Shown: in pieces, positions 29,003 through 37,170 of the stretch
Layout of the letters: each line of letters begins with the position of its first letter
Position numbering within the stretch: position 1 is the first letter of the stretch
NCBI GenBank assembly: GCA_016933255.1
Contig: JAFGBF010000005.1
Location: forward strand, 27,750 to 91,749
Origin: Candidatus Krumholzibacteriota bacterium
GTDB lineage: Bacteria; Krumholzibacteriota; Krumholzibacteriia; Krumholzibacteriales; Krumholzibacteriaceae
Reading direction: 5' to 3'
Length of the DNA: 64,000 bases
Notes under the pieces: generated by a model
Databases searched by the model: none
Told to the model about the DNA's origin: nothing
What the model saw: only the letters and a program-made list of their open reading frames with translations
Translations under genes and position numbers: made by a program

Positions 29003-29941
29003 ATGAGAAGGATCGCACTTGTCAAAGACGAGAACGGCTATCATGAGAATTACAGGCCTATTCTGGAAGAATACGGATATTCAGTCGAGGTCATCGACCT
29101 GTGGCGAAGTGAGGGAATGCAGCACCTGCTGGGCGGAAGATGGGACGGGTTCATATGGTGGGCAAAGCACACTCCGAGGATAAGGAATCTGGCCAAAAAA
29201 CTACTCTATTTTTTCGATCGGGTAGAAAATATAAAGACATATCCGTCTTTCAGGGACTACTGGCACTATGACGACAAAGTAGCTCAATATTTCCTTTTCA
29301 AAAAATTCGAGATCTCCGTGCCAGAGACCTGGATATTCAACAGGGAAGACGATGCCCTTGAATTCGCCGAAAAAACCAGCCTGCCGCTTATATACAAATC
29401 AGCTTCAGGTGCGGGAAGCTCCAATGTGGGGCTTATGGAAAAAAGGAAGGATCTGATCCGTTACATAAAGAAGATATTCAAGGAGGGGATGAAGACGCAT
29501 TTCAGGGAAGATCTGCAGAAGGATTATGTCTATCTTCAGGAATTTCTGCCCGGCAACTCGGGCGATTACAGGGTTGTCATGTACGGGCCGGAGCTTGCTG
29601 TCGGATTCTTCAGAAAGAACAGCGAGAAAAACTCTTTCGCCTCGGGAAGCGGCATCTATGAAGCATCCGGGATAACGCCCGACCTTATCGGTTTTGTAGA
29701 GAGTGTCCACAGAAAAATGGGAAACAGCATAATGTCGTACGATCTTCTCGAAAAGGATGGCGGTTTCGCTGTCACGGAGATGAGTATCATATACGGAATA
29801 CTGGAGAACACATTCTACGAATCGGCTGACTGGTACTCAAAGAGGGGCGGGAGATGGGAAAAAGTCGAGCCGGCGACGAGACACCGCAGCACGATCGATG
29901 CTCTGCTCGCGAACTGGGGCTGGCCGCTTTCCGGGGGATAG
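29003..29941 (+). CDS. ATP-grasp ligase (RimK-like fold)
   Basis: DDKVAQY; PLIYKSASGAGSSNV; YLQEFLPG..DYRV; YDLL...TEMS. Confidence 0.78.
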   Translation: MRRIALVKDENGYHENYRPILEEYGYSVEVIDLWRSEGMQHLLGGRWDGFIWWAKHTPRIRNLAKKLLYFFDRVENIKTYPSFRDYWHYDDKVAQYFLFKKFEISVPETWIFNREDDALEFAEKTSLPLIYKSASGAGSSNVGLMEKRKDLIRYIKKIFKEGMKTHFREDLQKDYVYLQEFLPGNSGDYRVVMYGPELAVGFFRKNSEKNSFASGSGIYEASGITPDLIGFVESVHRKMGNSIMSYDLLEKDGGFAVTEMSIIYGILENTFYESADWYSKRGGRWEKVEPATRHRSTIDALLANWGWPLSGG

Positions 29942-29945
29942 AATA

Positions 29946-32108
29946 TTGAGGATCGGATTTGTAACACCCGAGTATGTCACTGAAAATAGATCGTTTGACG
30001 GGGGACTCGCAAACTATCTTCATCGCCTCTCATCCGCTTTGAAACGGCTTGGTCATGAGCCTCTGATCTTTACCCTGTCGGAGCGCAGCGGGATCATCAC
30101 GCACGATGGCATCGAGGTCCACCGCGTCCAGGTCAGGAAGATGGGCCCGGGATATATGCTTCGTGATCTTCTGACCTTGAGAAGGAAAAAACAGGCGCTG
30201 AAGCTGATGTACCAGAGCGGACTTCTCAGAGATGAAGTGCTTAGCGCCCATGCCGAGAAAAAGATCGATATCGTCCAGTACGCAAGCTACAGGTCTGTCG
30301 GCTTCAGCGGGATAGGATCTATACCGTCTGTGATACGGATATCAAGCTATCAGAAGCTGTGGGACAGGGCATATCACGGAGATAATATAAAGGCCGGACA
30401 TCTCGCTGTCCAGAGACTGGAAGAGAAGACGCTGAGAGACGCCGGCCATATCTTCGGTCCTGGAAGAGATCTTGCGAAAGAGATAGAAAAGGACCTTGGA
30501 AAGAGGATAAGGATCATCGAGACACCTTTTGTCCTGGAGGCTGGAGAGTATGATTACAGCAGGGCGGAGAGTATCGGAGGAGATTACCTTCTTTTCTTCG
30601 GATCGATAGGGGTGCTTAAAGGGGCTGGTACGATCGCCGGGATCCTGGAGCTTCTTCTGGAGAAGTATCCTGACATCAGGTTTGTCTTTGCAGGAAAGGA
30701 TATGGGTATTGGCGGCGGATCGGCCGAAGTCCATTTAAAGGAAAAAGCGGGAAAATACCGGGACAGAATAGTATTCACCGGGATCCTCAGGCATGAAACG
30801 CTCTATCCTCTGATCGAAAGGTCAATGGCTGTCGTCCTGCCTTCTCTTATCGACAATTTTCCTAACGCCTGCCTCGAAGCGATGGCCCACGGAAAAACAG
30901 TAGTCGGCACAAGAGGGACAAGTTTTGAGCAGCTGATCGATGATGGTGCAAACGGATTCCTCTGTGACCCCGGGGACAGCGCCGACCTGTATGCCAAGAT
31001 CGAGAAGGTCCTTCAGCTTCAGGAGGATCAGAAGAGAGCTATAGGTGAGAAGAGCCGCGAGACGATCCTTCGGCTTCATCCTGACAGGACAGTCGCCGAA
31101 CTTACAAGCTATTATAAAGAAGTAATAGATATTTATCAGGGGGATGAAGATGCTGGGACCTGCAGGAACAGGTTCGCCCTCGGGAGGTTCAGCGAAGCTT
31201 TGCGTCTTTTTTACGCGGGTAGATTCCGTAGTGCGCGGAAAGTGATGGCAGAGTACAGGGAAAATATCGATTACGGACTTTTTGAGATAACAGACAACAG
31301 GGAAGCGGCCTCTGCGCTGTCAGCGAAAGAAGGCTCACCGCCTTTTCAGAAAAAACCTGCTCCGACAGTCTCTGTTCTTGTAGTCGCCTATGACACGAAC
31401 CGGCTTCTCATCGAATGCCTCGAGTCTCTTGAGAAGCAGAGTTCTGGCGATTATGAAGTGATAGTCATAGACAACGGCTTCAATGATGCGGTGGCCGGCC
31501 GGCTAAGGGAGATGAACCTTCTTTATATCAGGGTTCCGCAGAATCTCTTTCTTTCGGAAGGAAGAAATATCGGGGCGCATTTTGCGAGAGGAAAGATCAT
31601 AGCTTTTCTCGATGATGATGCCCTTGTTCCCGATGATTACATCGAGACTATCGCCGAAGCATTCAGCAGATACAATATATGCGGCTTCAGGGGAAGGGTG
31701 CTGGAAAAGACAGAGAGCACAAGCAATGACCCTCTTGGGCACTACGACCTCGGTGACACCCCCTTCCCTTCGATAATAAATACAGAGGGGAATTCGGCAT
31801 TCCTGAAAGAGATCTACGAGAGATTCGGCGGCATGGATCCGCTTCTATTCGGGCATGAGGGATGGGATCTTTCCTACAGGGTCTCAGAAGAAACAGGGGA
31901 GAATTCATTTATTTACTGGCCGAATACTATAATCTATCATGACTATGCCGATACGCAGTCCAAGCTTCGCAGCAAGAACGCGAGGCACCGTGTGATGAGC
32001 GATTATATAAAGAAGAAGCATCCCGGCGCCGCTGAATACCGAAAAAGGATGAAACGATTCATTACCGGTGATAAGACCATCGCCGAAAGACTGATCGACA
32101 GGAAATAG
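29946..32108 (+). CDS. Fused GT4 + GT2 glycosyltransferase
   Basis: RIGFVTPEY; PSLIDNFPNACLEAMAHG (GT4); VSVLVVAY...IVIDNG...GRNIG...AFLDDD (GT2); start set at TTG 29946. Confidence 0.85.
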   Translation: MRIGFVTPEYVTENRSFDGGLANYLHRLSSALKRLGHEPLIFTLSERSGIITHDGIEVHRVQVRKMGPGYMLRDLLTLRRKKQALKLMYQSGLLRDEVLSAHAEKKIDIVQYASYRSVGFSGIGSIPSVIRISSYQKLWDRAYHGDNIKAGHLAVQRLEEKTLRDAGHIFGPGRDLAKEIEKDLGKRIRIIETPFVLEAGEYDYSRAESIGGDYLLFFGSIGVLKGAGTIAGILELLLEKYPDIRFVFAGKDMGIGGGSAEVHLKEKAGKYRDRIVFTGILRHETLYPLIERSMAVVLPSLIDNFPNACLEAMAHGKTVVGTRGTSFEQLIDDGANGFLCDPGDSADLYAKIEKVLQLQEDQKRAIGEKSRETILRLHPDRTVAELTSYYKEVIDIYQGDEDAGTCRNRFALGRFSEALRLFYAGRFRSARKVMAEYRENIDYGLFEITDNREAASALSAKEGSPPFQKKPAPTVSVLVVAYDTNRLLIECLESLEKQSSGDYEVIVIDNGFNDAVAGRLREMNLLYIRVPQNLFLSEGRNIGAHFARGKIIAFLDDDALVPDDYIETIAEAFSRYNICGFRGRVLEKTESTSNDPLGHYDLGDTPFPSIINTEGNSAFLKEIYERFGGMDPLLFGHEGWDLSYRVSEETGENSFIYWPNTIIYHDYADTQSKLRSKNARHRVMSDYIKKKHPGAAEYRKRMKRFITGDKTIAERLIDRK

Positions 32109-32109
32109 T

Positions 32110-33261
32110 ATGAGGATAGCATACGTACATACTGGCCTCTGGCCTTCGAAAACGCCCAGTATGACATTTGCTGCCTACAATGTCATAGGCCTTTCAAAAA
32201 ACGCCGACGAAGTCTTTTTCTATATTAAAAGGAATTCATCCCGCACTGCAGATGAGGTCCTTGAAGGTGAATTCGGGATCCTGTGTCCCGAAAATCTTGT
32301 GATCAGGCAGATGGCGAAGCCTGTTTTCAAAACGAATCGATTTTATTACAGGAGGATCTCAGAAGAGATCGTCGGCCGCCACAAGGATCGCCCCTTTGAC
32401 GCGGTCATAACAAGAAGCCTCACCTTCCTTCCTTACCTGGTAAGAATAGGCAGGAGCTGCAATATTCCGGTCTATTTCGAGACGCACGATTTCTTTTCGG
32501 ATCTTGAGATAAGAGACGATATAAGCGGCCGGAAAAAGATCAAACAGAAAAAGATCGAAAGAAGATATATTCCTCATATTTCCGGACTGATCTGTCTTCA
32601 GAACGCACAGAAAGCGCTTTACCAGAAAATTTATCCGGAAGCCAGGATCGAGGTAGCGAGGACAGGCATTCACCGGATCGAAAGGAGCGGCCGGAAAAGG
32701 AAGTATGTTACATATATAGGTTCTCTCGATCCTCTGAAAGGGGTGGATCTGTTTATAGATGCTCTTGCCCTGACTAATTCCAGGCCTGGTGTCCTGATCA
32801 TCGGCGGAAAAAACAAAAAGGAGATAGACCGGCTGGAAAATTATGCGGGAAGGTATTATCCATCAGATAAAATACAGATCACCGGGTGGGTCGGCAAGGA
32901 ATCGGTAGACGGATTCCTGAAAGAGTCCGCCGTCGGTGTATTGCCTCTGCAGGATACGTTCTTTAACAGGTTTATATCGTCGCCGTTGAAACTATTCGAT
33001 TATTACAGCTATGGCGTCCCTGTCATAGCGTCGGATCTGCCCGCCACGAGGGAACTTATCGATGAGGGCAGGACTGGCTGTTTTTTCAAGGCTGGAGATC
33101 CTGCTGATCTTGCTAAAAAGATCGATGATCTTTTAGGTGATGAAGACCGGATCGAGAGAATGAGTGAAAATATTTATTCGACCGGTGAAAAATATCTCTG
33201 GGAAAAAAGAGGAAAACAGATCGTAGAGCTGATAAGAAGCGATAACGGAGGTTTTGAATAA
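32110..33261 (+). CDS. Glycosyltransferase family 4
   Basis: YIGSLDPLKGVD; SPLKLFDYYSYGVPVIASDLP. Confidence 0.88.
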   Translation: MRIAYVHTGLWPSKTPSMTFAAYNVIGLSKNADEVFFYIKRNSSRTADEVLEGEFGILCPENLVIRQMAKPVFKTNRFYYRRISEEIVGRHKDRPFDAVITRSLTFLPYLVRIGRSCNIPVYFETHDFFSDLEIRDDISGRKKIKQKKIERRYIPHISGLICLQNAQKALYQKIYPEARIEVARTGIHRIERSGRKRKYVTYIGSLDPLKGVDLFIDALALTNSRPGVLIIGGKNKKEIDRLENYAGRYYPSDKIQITGWVGKESVDGFLKESAVGVLPLQDTFFNRFISSPLKLFDYYSYGVPVIASDLPATRELIDEGRTGCFFKAGDPADLAKKIDDLLGDEDRIERMSENIYSTGEKYLWEKRGKQIVELIRSDNGGFE

Positions 33262-34030
33262 AAAAATGGAAAAGTTATCTGTCTGCATGATAGTGAAGGA
33301 TGAAGAAGAAAATATCGAAAGGTGCCTTCGCTCTGTCTCCTGGGCGGACGAGGTCGTCGTAGTAGATTCCGGGTCGGTCGACAGGACTCTGGAGATATGT
33401 GAAAGATTCGATTGCCGGATAGTGAAGACCGAATGGCTGGGTTTCGGAAGGACGCAGAAGCTTTCTGTGGATTCTGCCTCCAATGACTGGGTCCTTTCGC
33501 TAGGTGCAGATGAAGAAGTGACAGAGAGTCTGAAGGAGAAGGTGCTCGGCATCCTCGAATCTCCGCAATATAAAGGTTACAGCATCAAAAGAAACTCATT
33601 TTATCTCGGAAGAATGATCAGGCACTGCGGGTGGAATAGAGATTATCCCTTGCGCCTTTTCGACAGGAGATACGGCAATTACAATGACAGCATCATTCAT
33701 GAAAAAGTAGTCATCGATGGGGAAGGGGGGAGGATCAACGAGCCGCTCCTGCACTATACCTATCCCGATCTTGCATCGCATATAGAGAGGATCAACAGTT
33801 ATTCCATGCTTGGAGCCAAAAAGGCTTTTGACAGGGGCAGGAGGTCCAACCCCTGCTGCGCGATGGTCAGAGGGTTTCTGAAATTCATCAAGATGTACTT
33901 CATACAGCTCGGGGTTCTGGATGGGATCATCGGTCTGGTCCTATCTTTCAATTCTGGGTATGGAGTCTACCTGAAATATATCAAACTCTGGGAACTGCAT
34001 CGTAAGAAAAAAATACGAGCTTCGGAATGA
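33254..34030 (+). CDS. Glycosyltransferase family 2 (WaaE/KdtX-like LPS core)
   Basis: LSVCMIVKDEEENIERCL; VVDSGSVD; WLGFG..Q; DWVLSLGADE; H..RINSYS. Confidence 0.88.
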   Translation: MNKKMEKLSVCMIVKDEEENIERCLRSVSWADEVVVVDSGSVDRTLEICERFDCRIVKTEWLGFGRTQKLSVDSASNDWVLSLGADEEVTESLKEKVLGILESPQYKGYSIKRNSFYLGRMIRHCGWNRDYPLRLFDRRYGNYNDSIIHEKVVIDGEGGRINEPLLHYTYPDLASHIERINSYSMLGAKKAFDRGRRSNPCCAMVRGFLKFIKMYFIQLGVLDGIIGLVLSFNSGYGVYLKYIKLWELHRKKKIRASE

Positions 34031-34054
34031 ATAGAGACGAAGGATAAGAGGCCG

Positions 34055-35194
34055 GTGCTTAAAAGGACAGAACCAAAAAAGATCGATCGCAGTAAGATCA
34101 GAGTGTTGCATATTGACGCCGAGAAGGGATGGCGGGGAGGCCAGCAGCAGGCCGTCTATCTTTTCGAAGCGATGCTGAGAGAGGGATATGACAGCGTATT
34201 TGCCTGCAAAACGGGGTCTGTCCTCGCTGATTATCTGGAGGAAAGAAAACTTCCACATTTTACAACTGCGATGAGAGGAGAGGCTGATCTTTTTTCTGCT
34301 TTCAGGATCGCGTCATTCTGCAGAAAACATCCGATAAATATACTACATCTTCACTCAGCACACGCTCACTCGACCGGAATAGCCGTGAAGCTGTTTTTCC
34401 CCGCGTTGAAATCGATTGCGGTAAGAAGAGTGGATTTCAGGGTCGGAAAGAATCCTCTAAGCCGCCTGAAATACAGCACGGGCCTCGTAGACAGGATCGT
34501 CTGTATTTCAGGCGAGATCAAAAGAGTGATGACCGAATGCGGAGTCGCTGAAGAGAAACTTCAGGTGATAAGGAGCGGGGTCGATATCCACAAATTCGAC
34601 GGTTTGACGAAAAACAGGGAGATCTACAGGGATTTCCATATTCCCGAAGAGCATATTATCGTAGGCACTGTCGCCGCCATGGCAGGCCACAAGGACTATC
34701 CCAATCTGCTGAGAGCCGCGAGGATCGTTATCGATTCGAGAAAATCTGTGACTTTCGTCGCTGTTGGTGCCGGATCTGATATAAAAGAGATGAAAAGACT
34801 TCACGGGGAGCTTGGGCTCGGGAGCCGGTTCATCTTCGCAGGATATCAGGAGAAGGTCGGACCATTCTTAAAGCTGTTCGATATCTTCGTGCTTGCGTCC
34901 AAAACGGAAGGTTTAGGGACGTCTCTTCTTGACGCGCAGAGTATAGGCCTGCCGATAGTGGCTACAAGAACAGGCGGAATACCGGAGATCGTGAACGATG
35001 GCGATACGGGAATTCTCGTTCCCCCGCGCGATCATGTGGCGCTTGCCGAAGGGATACTCGCTCTGATCGATAACGAGAGCAGAAGAAGAAAGCTTGGGTT
35101 AAACGGTTTAAGATCAGTCAGGGAATTCGATATAGCAAAAACGGTAGAACAGAACATCAGCCTCTATAAAGAACTGCTGGGGGAAAAAGGTTGA
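34055..35194 (+). CDS. Glycosyltransferase family 4
   Basis: WRGGQQQ; VAAMAGHKDY; FVLASKTEGLGTSLLDA...GGIPE. Confidence 0.9.
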   Translation: MLKRTEPKKIDRSKIRVLHIDAEKGWRGGQQQAVYLFEAMLREGYDSVFACKTGSVLADYLEERKLPHFTTAMRGEADLFSAFRIASFCRKHPINILHLHSAHAHSTGIAVKLFFPALKSIAVRRVDFRVGKNPLSRLKYSTGLVDRIVCISGEIKRVMTECGVAEEKLQVIRSGVDIHKFDGLTKNREIYRDFHIPEEHIIVGTVAAMAGHKDYPNLLRAARIVIDSRKSVTFVAVGAGSDIKEMKRLHGELGLGSRFIFAGYQEKVGPFLKLFDIFVLASKTEGLGTSLLDAQSIGLPIVATRTGGIPEIVNDGDTGILVPPRDHVALAEGILALIDNESRRRKLGLNGLRSVREFDIAKTVEQNISLYKELLGEKG

Positions 35195-36213
35195 GTTATA
35201 AAAGGGTAGTTGTCATACAGACGGCTTATATAGGCGATCTCATTATGACGACTCCGCTGTTCAGGGAACTTAAATTGGCGTTTCCTGGCGTCGAGGTCGA
35301 CGCTGTCGTGATCCCCGAGACAGCGGGAATAATAAAAAACAATCCGTATATCAGCAGGGTCTTTCTTTTTGACAAAAGAAAGAAGAAGACCAAGCTCCCC
35401 AGCTTTCTGCGGCTTGTCAGGGATCTTAGAAAGCGAAGATATGATGCTGCGTATTCGATGACCAAATCTATGACCTCTTCGCTGATCATGCTTCTGTCAG
35501 GGATACCGGAGAGGATCGGCCAGGAAGGGATGAGATTTCTTACACGGAGCATAAGGACGAAGGATAGGCCGCATATCAGGGAAAGAGCTGTCGAGCTGCT
35601 TACGGCAAGTTCCGGTTTCGATTCCGGTGATACTACTACAGAGCTGTTTCCAGGCCCTGATGAAAAAAAGAAAGCGAAAGGACTGCTTGCAGAAAGCAGA
35701 GCGAAGTTTAACATTGGTTTCGCTCCAGGATCTGTAAGGGAGACGAAGAAGTGGCCCGGGAAATATTTTTCTGCCCTTCTCGATCTTCTGGCCGCGGATG
35801 ATATCAATATATTCTTTATAGGCGGCGCCGACGACCGTTCAGTCTGCAGAAAGATAATAGAGGGGAGTTCGAACAGGAACTGTCATAACCTTGCGGGTGA
35901 GCTGGGGCTTTCTCTTTCAGCGGCATTGATAGAGCTCCTGGATCTTATGGTGACCAACGACAGCGCTCCCCTTCACATGTCAAATGCCGTGGATACCCCA
36001 GCGCTGGCTTTTTTCGGCCCGACAGTCAAAGAGTACGGGTGCTATCCGTACAGAGATGATGACAGGATGCTCGAAATCGAACTTGAATGCCGTCCATGCG
36101 GAACTCACGGGGGAAATGCATGTCCCCTCGGACACCACAATTGCATGAGAGGCATCAGGCCGGAGACCGTTTACGGGGAGATCATGAGGTATATTAATGA
36201 AAACAAGGACTGA
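35191..36213 (+). CDS. waaF: GT9 LPS heptosyltransferase (WaaF-like)
   Basis: IQTAYIGDLIMTTP; APGS...TKKWP; VTNDSAPLHMSNAVDTP...FGPT. Confidence 0.75.
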   Translation: MSYKRVVVIQTAYIGDLIMTTPLFRELKLAFPGVEVDAVVIPETAGIIKNNPYISRVFLFDKRKKKTKLPSFLRLVRDLRKRRYDAAYSMTKSMTSSLIMLLSGIPERIGQEGMRFLTRSIRTKDRPHIRERAVELLTASSGFDSGDTTTELFPGPDEKKKAKGLLAESRAKFNIGFAPGSVRETKKWPGKYFSALLDLLAADDINIFFIGGADDRSVCRKIIEGSSNRNCHNLAGELGLSLSAALIELLDLMVTNDSAPLHMSNAVDTPALAFFGPTVKEYGCYPYRDDDRMLEIELECRPCGTHGGNACPLGHHNCMRGIRPETVYGEIMRYINENKD

Positions 36214-37129
36214 AAGGCCGCTCACTGCGTACCTGATACTGGTAGCCGTTCTCAGCGGCGCCTTTGTCATCGCCATGAGGCTGGCAGGAGAGTACGGCAA
36301 CTATCTTGCCGGGCCGTATATGTTCACGCCTGCGATAGCGGCGCTTTTTACGAGGCTTTTCTTTTATGATAAAAGGTTCAAAGACGCGCGCCTCGGTTTT
36401 GGCAGGTGGCGTGATTATCTTCGTTTCTGGTGGATAACTCTCGCGGTAGTGGCATTTTCATATATCATCTTCACACTGGCCGGCGCGATATCATGGGATC
36501 TCAGCGGCGGCACCTTTCTCGGCCAGCTTGAGCAGCAGATGGAGATCTCCGGCAAGAGTATCAACGATCTCCCGGAAGGGATGACGCCAAAGATGATGCT
36601 GATCCTGTTTTTTGCCGGGGGCCTGACCATTCTGAGCATCCCGACGGCTCTCGTCGGGTTCGGGGAGGAGTTCGGCTGGCGGGGGCTGATGTTCCCGCTG
36701 CTGTGCCGCGATGGGCACCTCTTGCGCGGATTCGTGACAGGGGGCCTGATCTGGTTCGCCTGGCATCTTCCCTTGATGCTTGTGATGCCTTCCCCGGAGG
36801 GCCTTACTGTGCAGTACCATATCCTCAACGCCGTTGTGCTTGCCGTGGGATCTATCTTTACATTCGCCTTCTTCGCCTGGGCCTATCTCAAGTCGGGAAC
36901 TATATGGGTCGGCTCTTTCGTACATGCCGTCTTCAACAACGCCTCGCGGTCATTCGCTTACTTTGCCAAGGTCGAGAATCAGCTTCTTGCCAACATCGGT
37001 CTCGCTGCAGCGATGATCCTGGTCGTGGCGTTTCTTTCCTGGCGCGGAGAACTGAAAGTCTTCAGGGAGTTTCTGCAGGAGCGGAAAAGGAAATCTGTTT
37101 CAGGCGGTGATCAGGACGCAAACCAGTGA
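36197..37129 (+). CDS. CPBP family (CAAX/Abi) intramembrane metalloprotease
   Basis: GEEFGWRG; WFAWHLP; HAVFN; multiple TMs. Confidence 0.9.
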   Translation: MKTRTERPLTAYLILVAVLSGAFVIAMRLAGEYGNYLAGPYMFTPAIAALFTRLFFYDKRFKDARLGFGRWRDYLRFWWITLAVVAFSYIIFTLAGAISWDLSGGTFLGQLEQQMEISGKSINDLPEGMTPKMMLILFFAGGLTILSIPTALVGFGEEFGWRGLMFPLLCRDGHLLRGFVTGGLIWFAWHLPLMLVMPSPEGLTVQYHILNAVVLAVGSIFTFAFFAWAYLKSGTIWVGSFVHAVFNNASRSFAYFAKVENQLLANIGLAAAMILVVAFLSWRGELKVFREFLQERKRKSVSGGDQDANQ

Positions 37130-37170
37130 TACCGCCTTACTGGTCATTTCGAGACGCATTTGCTGCTATA

